A stretch of 64,000 bases of DNA, taken from positions 887,189 through 951,188 of the forward strand of contig JAWQFM010000021.1 of NCBI GenBank assembly GCA_033442325.1, written 5' to 3'. The notes under the pieces were generated by a model. It ran no database searches. It was not told the origin of the DNA and saw only the letters and a list, made by a program, of their open reading frames with translations. This document shows, piece after piece, positions 14,944 through 57,972 of the stretch. Numbering within the stretch: the first letter of the stretch is position 1; the number at the start of each line of letters is the position of its first letter. The position numbers and the translations under genes are program-made. Origin of the DNA: Salpingoeca rosetta. Taxonomy: Eukaryota; Protista; Choanoflagellata.

Positions 14944-17900
14944 GCCTCGCTGCCGTCACCAGTGACAACGTGGTCATTGTCAGCGACGAACGCTCCATCG
15001 CCATCGCCATCGTCATCATCATCACCAACAACATTCTTCTTGTCGTCATCATCGGCAGCACCATCCTCATCGTTGCTGTCGTGGTTGTTGTTGTTGTTGT
15101 TGTTGTGTTGGTCGCTAGCATCACCATCATCATTGTCGCCTTCGTCGCCATGCTGCTGCATCTTGATGAGCTCGCTGAAGATGTAGTTGTCGCCGTTCAT
15201 CACCGTGTCCTCCGCCTCTTGCAGGGACGTCAGCAGCGACTCCGTCTGCGCACGGAAGCGCTTCTTGTTGGAGCTGTCCATCTTGTTGTAGGCAAACACG
15301 ACCTTGGTGGAGAGCTGGCCGCCCTTGTCCTCGGCCATCTTCGAGCCACGGTATGCATCCAGCACAACCGGCAGCAGCTCGCGCACAACGCGGTCATCTT
15401 CGGACGGAATCACCACCGTCGTCGTGTCGGCGAGCAAGAAGGCCATGAGCGCAAACACGCCGTCACGGCGGTTGCTCACCTCCATGTGCGTGAACTCGGG
15501 GGCGCGCACGCCCTCCGTGTCCAGCAGCAGCACGTAGTCGTACTTGTCTCGCCCCTTGCAGGGGATGAGCTGCATGTTCACGCCAATGGTGCAGCGCCCA
15601 ACGCTAGCCTTGAGCCGCGTGCCGTACATGTGGTTGGCGGTGGTGGACTTGCCGCTGCTCTGTGGACCAAACATGCTGTGCACCATCACTCGCGGCTTCA
15701 CATCATGAGTGTAGCCACCTGGCTGCTGCTGCTGCTGCTGCTGCTGCTGGTATTGCGCTTTGAGCATCTCATCGAGCTGACCAAGCACAGCACCAACCCA
15801 GACCTCGTTGGCGCCCAGCGCATCGCCATCAAACAGCTCCAGTGGGTAGCCGTCCAGGATGTGCTGTGCGGCCAGCTTGGCCAGGCCAAGCTCGCACCAG
15901 CCGCTGGTGTAGATGTGGCCGATTTCGCGCCACACGTGGTCGAGGGTGACGTTGTAGTCATTGATGCTGGCGTTGGCGTCCAGGTACTGCTTGCGCAGCT
16001 CCGTGTCCTCGGGGTTCTTGTTGGAGGCTGTCTTGAGGCGGTCGACCTCCTCCTCCAGGTGCTTGAGCTGCTGGGAGCTCTTCAAGGCCAGGGCGCGCTG
16101 CAGCATGTAGAAGCCCACGACGCGGTCCTCGGAGCGCGGCAGCTGTGCAATCTCGAGCACCTGCTGCACGAGGGGCAGTTCGCACTGTTGCTCAATGTGC
16201 TCGGCGCGGTGAAGGACCTCGCATTGAATCTGATCATCCATGTCCGACACGCTCCCCTTCCCCTTCTTGACGATGGGCACGTTCTTGCTGTGCTTGTGGT
16301 CGAAGGTTGAGCGCTGACGCTTGAAGCTCTCTTGCAGCACGAACGTGCGGCCTCGCTTGACAGAGAAGTCGTGCTCAATCTTGGGCAGTGGCGCCAGTTC
16401 CGCCACGTCGGGGAAGAGGTGGACGTGCTTGCAGCAGAGGTCGTACAGGTTCGGCCGCATGTCGCTGCCTGGTGGCGATGGAGAGACTGTGGCATCGCTG
16501 GTGTTGCTGCTGTTGGTGCTGGTGGTTGACGCGCTCATGCAGTCATCGGCGAGGTCTTGTTGCTCAAGCTCCTCCTGAAGTTTGGCTGTTGCCTTCACCA
16601 GTCGCTTCACCATCTTCTCGTTTGTCTTGGGATCGCGGAGTTGGCCACACACGACGTGGTGGTTGTCGTCCTTCTTGCTCTTGGGCGCATCACGCGCGTC
16701 GACCTTTGGATGCCAGGCATAGCAGCGCCGCTTGTCCAGGTCTGCGTTGAAGATGGGCTCACACTTGGCGTCGCCTGGGCTGCCCGGGTGTTCCAGGATG
16801 ACAATGTCGGCAAAGTCGCGCAAGAAGCCCGGCCACAGCTCCTCGTAGTCGCCAATCACGTGCAGCACAATGCACGGGTGCGTGGTGGGCCGTTCGCCAA
16901 GCTCCTTGGTCCCCTGCTTCTGCTTGATGTAGCCAACGCCAACCTCCAACAGCGAGGCGTGCTGCGTCAGGGTGAAGTCTGTGCTCTTGTCCTTTTCGTG
17001 CAGGGAGTCGATGTGGAAGAGGTCCTTGAGCAGCTGCGGGGTGGACGTGGTGGCTGCGCGGTACTTGGACATGACCACGACGCGCAGGCACTCCGTGTCC
17101 GTGTAGGTGTTGACGGCGGGTGGGGTGGTCTTGGTCTCGAGGTTGGCAAACTGCAGCGCGCTGACGTGGTGCTTGTACGTGTCGCTGGCTTGCTCTGCGC
17201 TTGGGTCCTTGACCCAGATGGGGACGGCCGCGTGGCGCTCCAGCAGCTTCTCCACAAACATGCCGCGTGCCACGTCGTTGGGGAGGTCGCTCAGGTGCTG
17301 GAAGGAGCCATCGCACAGAGAGAGGTTGTGGCCAGGGACGATGGGCGGGATGGTGGGCGAAGGTGATCGACGGGGTGGGGACGAGCCATGCGTACGGCGT
17401 TGCAGGCGTGACTGCTGTTGCTGCTGTTGGAGAAGGATGTCGTTGACCATGATGGCTCGGCGTGAAGTGACGCATGGGAGGTCGCCATCGTCATCGTCAT
17501 CACTGCCTTGGGTGTTGTCATCATCGACATTGTCTTCCCCGTCGTTTTGGACATTGCCGTCAGCGGCGCCATTCGCAGCGGCTTCATCGTCGTCGTCGTT
17601 GTCGTTCTCGTTGTCGCTGGAGTCGTCATCACTTGAATCATCATCATCTTGTTTGAGACGCTCCTCAATGAGGCGAGCAAACTTTGGTGGCAGGACGGGT
17701 TCGAAGCCGCGGGGGATGAGGTAGCCGATGTAGTCTGGCACGGCGCGTTCTGCGACGGATGTGTCCATGTCCATGGCCTGGAAGGGCTGGCAGCGTTGCT
17801 GGTTCTGCGGTGAGCCATTGTGAGCGGTGGCGGCCAGGTTGGAGGCGCTGCTTGTGGCGGCCGCCTGTGCTTGGCCGAGCAGGTTGCGGCGGCGGGTGGT

Positions 17901-18047
17901 GCCACGCATGCGGACGAACGATGCTGGGTTTTCGTTCTGCCATGGTCCAAGAAGGAGGCTGCGGCGAGAGCGGACTGGCACATGGTCGCCATCATCGTCG
18001 CTGCTGGTGCTGTTCACCAGGACGCGACGGCGGCGGCCGTCAGCCAT
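12193..18047 (-). CDS. Very large inducible GTPase (GVIN1/VLIG/URGCP family); intronless, about 1949 aa if the frameshift at ~13890 is repaired; possible pseudogene
   Basis: G1 GPQSSGKST (~15645-15668), G2 VGRCTIG, G3 LLLDTEG..APE (~15511), G4 NKMD. Family motifs LDHVWREIGHIY and LAAQHILDGYPLELFDGDA..WVGAVL. C-terminal Cys/His motif CGERCPWCGYPC..H..HDCSHQPSG. Two overlapping ORFs: 18047-13818 and 13884-12193. Confidence 0.85.
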
Positions 18048-18050
18048 TTT

Positions 18051-18203
<153 letters not shown>

Positions 18204-18607
18204 TGTGTCGTATGGAGGGGGAAGATGTGGTGTGAGGTACTGTGTGTCGTATGGAAGGTGTGTGGGGTGCTTCCTAATAGTAATGCGGAGTTCGCAGAGA
18301 AATGAACCAAGCCAACTCAAGTGCGCTGCTCATTGTGCGCGTGCGCGTGTGTGAAGTGGGTTGGTTGTGGTCGTGTGGTGTGACACACAACAAAACCAAG
18401 GCAGGCAGAGCGTGTTGCTCATGGCTGTGTTGAGTCATCGTAGCTGCTGTCTCAACGAAAAAAAGGATGTGTCACAGTCACATCGTGTCATGTCACATGT
18501 CACAACCAGCCAGTGGCAATCACTTCGTTTGCTTTTATTATGGTGTGTCAACAGTGGAGCTACACGAACTCATCCCCTTCCTCTCTCTTCCTTCTGTCTC
18601 ATATCGG

Positions 18608-21159
<2,552 letters not shown>

Positions 21160-21232
21160 CGCCGTGCCGAAAATTGATAGAATTCATCACCCATTTTTCC
21201 GTAACCACCACAAGCAAGACGACAGCACAGCC
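21160..21232. promoter_or_regulatory. Putative bidirectional promoter (TSP1-kinase / TSNAX), 73 nt between start codons
   Basis: Divergent ATGs at 21159 (-) and 21233 (+). Confidence 0.6.
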
Positions 21233-23171
21233 ATGGACACAAGCAGAGACAACGAGGAGCAGCGTAACTCCACTGCTGCTGCCACTGCGACAGAGGCGCA
21301 GGCGACAGAGCAGCAGAAACCAGAGGCAAAGCAGGAGCACAAGCGCTACAGCGGTGGAGCAGGAAAGCGGAGGCCACACTCCCATCACGAACAACGCCAC
21401 GGTGCACGTCAGTCGTCACGCCGTGTCTCTGTGTGTTTGAGTGTGGATTATTGGCTTCTTACATGCGTACGCACACAGACACACACACACACACATACAG
21501 ACACACACACACAGAGACACACACAGACGCACTGCTCACTGGTGTGCGTGTGTGCATGCTTGGCGTGCATAGACGGCAAGCGGGCGAAAGCCGATCTCGA
21601 TCCCAACAACCCGATGCTGCCACACTTTGTGGAGTATGCCAAGATCTTGACCGACAGGGTAATGTTGCTCAGCCACAAATGCGTGAGCCTGTTCGTGTGT
21701 TTGCTCTTGTGTCAAGCTTCCTACACCACGTGCGTCACACACACACACATACAGTCTCTCTCCCTTTCACGACACACACACACATACACACACACGCTTC
21801 CTGTATGATCTTGCCCCAACACTCTGAAACAACAGCAAGATCAGCGGGAGCGGCTGGTGAAGCTGAGCCGCGACGTCACCATTGCCAGCAAACGCGTCAT
21901 CTTCCTCCTGCAGAGGTGCGATCCCATGTTCGCGCACACTCACGCAGTGGCAGCTATCAGTGCAGCCACCCACACATTGCATTGCGTGTTGCGTGCTTTT
22001 TCGAGCAGTCGTGCTCACCTCCGTCTGTTTCTCGCGCTGCCGATATTGCTGCTGATGCCGGCGCTGCTGTAATTGCGATGCGTGGTTGGCTGAAGGTACA
22101 ATGGGACGAATGCGGAGACTCTGATTGCACAAGCCAATGAGAAGCTTGCGTCCATCCACGCAACCATCCGAGCCATTGCCAAGGAGTTGGATGGCACAGA
22201 TCCAGCCATGCACCACAGAGCATACTCACCAGGTAACTGTGTGTGTATTTGTGTGCGTGTGTATGTGTGCGTGTATGTGTGTGTGTGTGGGGGGGGGGGA
22301 CATTAAGCTTCCATGTCGAGGTTTCGCACCGACCCAAGAACCCTCCCTCCCCCAATGCTAGCAGCAACAGTGGTGTTCATGAATTTGCGCTGCTCCATGC
22401 CACCATGCTGCCAGTCTCATGTCAACATCACATCCACGCTTCCCACGGCCTGCGCACCCCAAAAAGGCATGCAGGAGTACATTGAGGCAATCACCTTCAT
22501 GGCATACATCAAGGATGGGTCGCTGCCATCACCAGAGGACATTGCAGCCCTCATTTTCGATGGCGCTGGCGACGATGATCCGCGCATGGCTATCGTGTCT
22601 ACCGACTACATTCTCGGCATTGCCGATCTCACCGGCGAACTCGTACGTCGACCCGTGGTGGCGTGTGATTGTGTGTATGTGTGTGGTGTGTTGTGATGTG
22701 TGTGTGTGTGTATGTGTGTGTCGTGTGTGTGATATGTGTGTGAGGTGTTAGATGTGTGCAAAGCGTGTCGAAAGCTGCAGTCGTGAAACTGGCGGTGTAC
22801 ACCACTGACGCGCGAATCCACGCCAACGCCCCTCCACTTCGATTCAGATGCGGCTGTGCATCAACAACGCCACAGACAACACCATCCCCTTTCAAATCTG
22901 CGAACGCATGCGTGACATCTACGAAGGTATGCTGCTGCTGCAGCAGCTGCTGATGGCGGTGGTGGCGGTGGTGTTGTTGGTAGTGGTGTTGTGTGTGTGT
23001 GTGTGTGTTGTGGTGATGGCGTTGGTGACGTGAATAAGCCCTGCAAGTCATGGTATGTGCACGTGTGCGTTTGAATGACAGGCTTTCTGTCCATTTCGCC
23101 CAAGATGCGTATGAAGGACTTTGAGAAGAAGATGGAGGTGATGGGAAACTCGCTCCGAAAAGTCGAAAAGA
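21233..23171 (+). CDS. TSNAX: Translin-associated protein X (C3PO nuclease subunit); last exon probably in the gap at 23325-23424
   Basis: Exons encode RERLVKLSRDVTIASKRVIFLLQR, RAYSP|GMQEYIEAITF, DYILGIADLTGEL|MRLCIN and KKMEVMGNSLRKVE. These are TRAX signatures and include the acidic catalytic motifs. Confidence 0.92.
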
Positions 23172-23217
23172 GTGAGTTACTTGTGTGTGTGTGCGTTTAT
23201 GTGTGAGTGCGTTTATG

Positions 23218-23304
<87 letters not shown>

Positions 23305-23324
23305 GTGTGTGTGTGTGTGTGTGA

Positions 23325-23424
23325 NNNNNNNNNNNNNNNNNNNNNNNNNNNNNNNNNNNNNNNNNNNNNNNNNNNNNNNNNNNNNNNNNNNNNNNNNNNN
23401 NNNNNNNNNNNNNNNNNNNNNNNN
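23325..23424. other. Assembly gap (100 N)
   Basis: Run of N after a (TG)n tract. Confidence 1.
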
Positions 23425-23813
23425 CCTCCCCCTCTGCTACCGAGAGCATTGTGAGCGAAGTTACGTATTAATGACTGTGTTCATCTTTGGATTCGTATGA
23501 CTTCCCGCTCTCATACCGCACATCATCACAAATAATTATTTTATTCACTACTCTCCATTGTGCCTCTGCCCTCTCGACGTAATCAGGAACACACACGTGA
23601 TCAATATAAATATATATTTTTACGTTTCTATCCCGACCACTGTCCCTTCCTGTTCGCCTGTGATTGTTGTGAGTGAAAAAAAGAAAAAAAAAAAAAAGAC
23701 ACTGACGCAACCTACGCCCGTGTCTGCCTCTATATATATATGTATATATATATATCTATCTCTCTCACGCGCGCGCGCGCGCGCTCGATGGTGTGACACA
23801 CACACACACACAC

Positions 23814-23866
<53 letters not shown>

Positions 23867-23933
23867 CCCCAAGACGCTGCACTCCACACGCCGACTATTG
23901 CCCCCCCCCCTCCTCACCACCTCCTTGGCACGG

Positions 23934-27632
<3,699 letters not shown>

Positions 27633-27768
27633 CTTGCCTTGGTTGCCAGTGAGCTCGTTCGCTGGCTCGGTTCACAGCACTCAATCACACACGAACACTC
27701 CACTTCTGCGACACACAAAAACGACGTTTGCTTGCTTCTTGCTTGCTTGCTCAAAGTCAGGACGATTT
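27633..27768. promoter_or_regulatory. Putative bidirectional promoter (PPIL4 / PIKfyve), 136 nt
   Basis: Divergent ATGs at 27632 (-) and 27769 (+). Confidence 0.6.
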
Positions 27769-46658
<18,890 letters not shown>

Positions 46659-47002
46659 GAGTGGTGTGTGGTTTGATTATGGTTGCAGCAGCTGTGCATC
46701 TGCTTTCGCCTCCACACGTCGTTGCGACTGCGGGCTCCATCCCAACTTGTGTTATTTGTAACAATCGTTTTTTTTTTTTTGATGTAAAACTTTAATGGTG
46801 TCGCTTGCCCCGGTGGTGGGGTTGCCCGCAAGCGACACGTCGTGGTTGCCAGATCAGTTGGAGAAGGCAGAAAGTACAATCGTTTATTTTCGCTTAGAAC
46901 TCTTCCTCTCCTCTGTACACAAGAGTGGCATAGACGATATCAACGGCAATGTCATGCTTCGCAGCTGTACACCTGCACCAAACATGTATTTCACGAAAAC
47001 AC

Positions 47003-47089
<87 letters not shown>

Positions 47090-47132
47090 TCGTGAGATTA
47101 ACCGCTCTACTGTAGTTTCTGGACGCCACTTG

Positions 47133-47749
47133 TCACGGCCTAGCGGTGGAGACATCCTCCATCATGTCGACAACATCGCTGACATCGCCCTCTTCCATGC
47201 GCAGCAGGAGCAGCTGCTGCTGTTCTGGAGACAGCCCACATTCGCCGTCCCAGAACGCGCTCTTGTTTGATTTTGACATGGCCACGCTCCTCTTCCATAT
47301 GGCGCCTGCAAAACGCGCCAAAAGTGAATCACATGGGAAGGAATGAATAACATGAGCGCAAGCGACGCAACGCAAGATGATCAGGTGTGGCGAATTCATG
47401 ATTTCTTGCATCCGTGCCGCAGTGGGCAGCGTGTTCAGGGACATATGCAGGGCAGGGCGACTTCGTGTCCACAAACGCACCGCATCGGCCTTCGCAGATG
47501 GGACACGGTCGCAGCATGGCAAAGCCGCCGCACTCTTCACAGCCCGGAGACCAGTGCTGCTGAAACCAGCAAGCGCCACACCTGTACGCAGATTACAGAA
47601 ATGCGTGCCGTGTGAATTGAGTGCGAGGTGTTGAGGTAAAGGAAACAAGTGCGTACAACCAGAAGATAAACGAAGGAGCAAGGCAAGGATGAGGGAGCAG
47701 CGCGACACAAAACAACAAACCCAAGCCTGTGCAGGTGCAACCCCTTTCA

Positions 47750-47808
<59 letters not shown>

Positions 47809-48128
47809 CACACACGCACACCACACACGCACACACACACAGACACACGCACACACACACACACACAAACACGAACAAACAAACAAACAAACGCAGAAAC
47901 ACACAACACGTACGTTGTGCATGTTTGGTGCCAAGCTTTGTACTCTGACGAAGACAGCAACTGCGAGACCTGCTCCTTTGTGTGTGCTTCCCCTTCCTCC
48001 TTGTACTCCTTCATTGTCAAGAAAGGCCCAAGCCGTGCACCACGCGGAGGCTGTGATTGTTGGTGTGGTTGTTGGTGGGGTTGGTGGTGGGGTTGGTGGT
48101 GTGCATCGTCGTCTCCGCGCACGTCCAT
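47133..48128 (-). CDS. Pinocchio-like Cys-rich protein, 162 aa, 3 exons (48128-47914, 47581-47481, 47305-47133)
   Basis: Phase-consistent splicing gives FLTMKEYKEEGEAHTKEQV..CTTCGACWFQQHWSPGCEECGGFAMLRPCPICEGRCGAIWKRSVAMS..AFWDGEC. This matches my recollection of the Drosophila pinocchio family pattern (CxEC..RxCPICxGxC..WKR..S..AxWDGxC). Confidence 0.7.
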
Positions 48129-48181
48129 TGTTGGCGATTCGTGAGTGTGATGGTTGATTTTCTTCAGCACAACGGAAAGCG
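48129..48181. promoter_or_regulatory. Putative bidirectional promoter (pinocchio-like / OS-9-like), 53 nt
   Basis: Divergent ATGs at 48128 (-) and 48182 (+). Confidence 0.5.
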
Positions 48182-53842
<5,661 letters not shown>

Positions 53843-53997
53843 CGTGAAGGATGTGCGTACATGTTGCATGATGGCGACTACATGATTTGATGCTGTACAC
53901 GTGATTGCCATCACGTTGCGGGTTACGTGCACGTATGTATTCGTCCTTTGTGCGTGCGTGCGCGCGCGCGTGTGTGTGCGTGTGTGTGTGTGTGTGT

Positions 53998-54108
<111 letters not shown>

Positions 54109-54407
54109 TACTTGATGTGTAGCAGCAGAGTGGCGGAGATGTTTCTTTTACTTGATGGGGAAAAGGTCCAATAAATGACACGTATACAGTGATCGATTAG
54201 CGCGGCGTCATGTGTACAACAATGAACGAATGACTCACACAGCCGGGTTGATGGCAAGCTGGTGCCACATCTCGTGCACCTGAACAAGAAGCCACACATC
54301 ACACTGCACACATGCGAGTGAGTGCAAGCGCCTGGTCAAAGCGTGGATATCCAAAACACAACACAAACGATAAAACATGCAAAGTAAACAAATACAGCCA
54401 ATGGCCG

Positions 54408-54496
54408 TCACGCCCCCTCGCAATTGATGACACAGCATCCACAATTGATGGATTCCCCAAGCTGGCACGTGCACCCATCGCCAGACCTGTGTGTAC

Positions 54497-54577
<81 letters not shown>

Positions 54578-54863
54578 GGAAATGGATGGTGGCAGTGGGT
54601 CAAGGAGGAAGGTCGTGCATGAAGTTGCACACTCAACAGCATGCAAAGCAACTCACCCGCAACAGTTCCCACACGACGGGCAACAATCGCCTGCAAAGGA
54701 ATAAAAAGTGCAGCAGTTTGGTTGTTGTCAATGAGTGATGACACGTGCAGAACACGTTGTTGCACAGTCAACCACACGAATGAACGGGTGGAAACAAACA
54801 ATGAACGCATCCCAGTTACACAAAGTGAGAGAGGCACGCACACAGACACACACGCACGCACGC

Positions 54864-54930
<67 letters not shown>

Positions 54931-55270
54931 CACGCATGCACGCACGCACCGCAGCCAAAGCATGACCCGCATCCCCCTGCACGACAGCATAAAAAGGAAG
55001 CGTCATGCAGTGCAAGTACAATGCAGCGTGAGCGCAGCGCACAAAAGCAAAAGCAAAGCAATGCATGGAGGTCAGAGGACAGCAGGGGTAATCAATTGCT
55101 CTCGTTCACCCACCAAGGGAAAAGTTGGCTGGATTCGGAGCTCGTGACGGCTAATGATGTTGTTCACATGCGCATGCACACAGAAATTCATGAGTGCAGG
55201 CATCGCGGAGAGTAAATGCTGCTGCAAGCACGCACGCACTGCACACACACGCACGCACATACACGCATTG

Positions 55271-55301
<31 letters not shown>

Positions 55302-56262
55302 CTGTGCTGGGCTGCCGCAGCAGGCTCCGCTGTCCGTCGCACCACAGCAGAAGCACGCTACGCCAGAGTCGATATGCAAACACAGAAAGAGCAAGGGAGA
55401 CGTCACTAGAATGCGCGCTGCCAACACAAGCATAAGTCACGGAGAAGCAATGACCAATAGTCGATACAAGAGCCCCCTTCACCACACCAGAGTGCGCGTA
55501 CCTTGTAGCGCAGTCAGTACGGAAGCCAGACACCCGCGCAATCCCTCGGAGCAATCACCACAGGAAGGCAGCGTGCACTGGCAGCACCATGACGCCGACC
55601 CAGCCTCCTGTTCACACGTCAAAAAGTACATGAGTAACACGAGATACAAGAGCATGAGAAAACGCAGCGGGAATGATGCTTTGTGCTCGCACACACACAC
55701 ACACACACACACATACACACAAACACTCTCGTGCATCCATTCATATCAGCGCGCACGCTTCACAACACCATCATCATCAACGTCAACCCACACACACACT
55801 CACACCCAAACCCACACCCACGCACACACCAACCACACACACACACACACACACACCAACCACACACATAAGCACACTGTCTCACCCTCCCCCCAAATAT
55901 GCCCTCTCACCCCAACTCAAACAACACACCTCCGAGTCTGTGCAAGCGTTGTACTTGGCGCAGAGGAACCAAACACCCAACACCAAGGCAATCCATCCTG
56001 CGATGGCCAGGACGATGATGGCAGCCAATGGTATCGGCAAGTCACCATGGCTGTCGGTGGTGTTTGCAAACGGCGACTCTGTTGTTGTCGCTGCTCGACG
56101 AAACACCACCCTTGCCCCTTGTTGCTGCCGCCGCTGCTGCTGTGGCTGTGCAGCTGCCTCTTGTGGCGTGTCACCCACCTCCGCTGATGTGCATTCTGTC
56201 TCGACAACACCTGCCGCAAACACAGCCACCACCATCACCAACCACAACAACCTTCGCCACAT
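54408..56262 (-). CDS. Unrecognised type-I single-pass membrane protein with a Cys-rich cytoplasmic tail (7 exons)
   Basis: Signal peptide MWRRLLWLVMVVAVFAAG and TM segment IPLAAIIVLAIAGWIALVLGVWFLC. Small phase-consistent exons give WCCQC..CGDC..CFCC..CC..GCGSCFGCGDCCPSCGNCCGSGDGCTC..INCGCCVINCEGA*. Confidence 0.7.
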
Positions 56263-56555
<293 letters not shown>

Positions 56556-57079
56556 ATGGAAGAGAGGGGACTTGGCTTCGCTCACCTGGCTGTGGGCTCG
56601 TGGCTTTCCGAGCACCAAGAAGAAGAGGAGCAACGGAAACGCGAGAGAATCATGGCGATGTATGGAATACAGCAAGGGGACATGGAAAGCAGCCCCGATT
56701 TCAACAAGCAAACCTGCCAACAGCATCCGTACCAGCTCAGCCCAATCTTGGAATCCCCAGCATCCTCTTCCTCGAACGCCATCGTGTTGGCAGAGGGTGG
56801 CTCGTTCATCGCCTCCCCGAGCACATGCCAGCAACAGCAGCTCGGCCCTGCCCCTTTCCCAGTGTCGCCGATCCAGTCACCTCCAGAGAAGCAGACCCAC
56901 CGCAAAGGCCGCGCCCCGCTCTCCGACATCCGCAACACCAGCAACGCAAATGCTAATCGCCTTGACCAGCACTCTCCTCATCTGCAGCTGCCTTCGCCAG
57001 GGTTTGCCCGACACAAGGGATTGATGGCCACGTCTTCCCCCGGAAAATATCTGCGGTCCTCTCCCTTGTGCAAGCAGAT

Positions 57080-57119
<40 letters not shown>

Positions 57120-57928
57120 TACGTGCGCTACGGCAGCCATCAATCCTCACCTCGACAGCAGGCCCCGGCAGCCACGTCGTCGACATCACCGCGAGGCATG
57201 TCTACTCCATTTGGCAAGCGCCCGCCATCATCTTCGGCGTCATCATCAGTGCGGCGGTCACAGCGAGGGACACGCGCGCACAGTGGCGGCGTGCCGTCGA
57301 CACCAACGGCAACAACATCATCAGCATCTACCCCCTGGCTCCGCAACTCGTTCTATGGCAGCAACCCGGGATCATCACGCCGCACACCGGGGAGACAACA
57401 ACACCACCCGTTTATGGACTCGCATATGGACCACTTCCCGGACCTGCAGTCGTGGCTGGCCGAACCGGCACCTCCAGGACACGACAGCGAATTTGAAGCC
57501 TCCCAGTGTGAAAATGGCGGGAGCAATGCTGCTGGTGCTGACAAGCAAGACGGTGGCGATGATCAGTTCGCCCAAGACGAGCAACAGCAACAGCAACAGC
57601 AGTTGGACAAAGAGAACGAAGAGGAGGATGAGGATGAAGCCCTGGACAACTTCAACTGGTCGATTGAGGATCGCGCCGTCTTTGTGAGTCATAATGCACT
57701 GTCTTTGACATGCTGTCGCTGCGCTCTATGCACAAGGGCGCGTTGACTGTTAAACACCAAGGTTGGCTGTGCCTCATTTCTGACAGCCCAGACTGCGCTC
57801 AAACGTGGCAAACATATCTCACTGCGTCTCGGTTTGTCGTGGTTGTCAGTTTCCTGTGGAGATGGACGAGCACAACCCGGCCAAGGTAGATCCCAACTGG
57901 TTCAAAACAAAGTAAGCACCAACAATGA

Positions 57929-57972
<44 letters not shown>

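Noticed and set aside
12511-16310. Long plus-strand ORFs (622 aa and 792 aa) antisense to the GVIN-like gene
   Set aside because: Shadow ORFs caused by GC-rich codon bias on the coding strand; V/L/H-rich with no recognisable motifs.
47914-48030. NEMP1-like motif LTxxEYxxxGxxxT in the small minus-strand gene
   Set aside because: No TM segments; the spliced Cys pattern fits the pinocchio family better.
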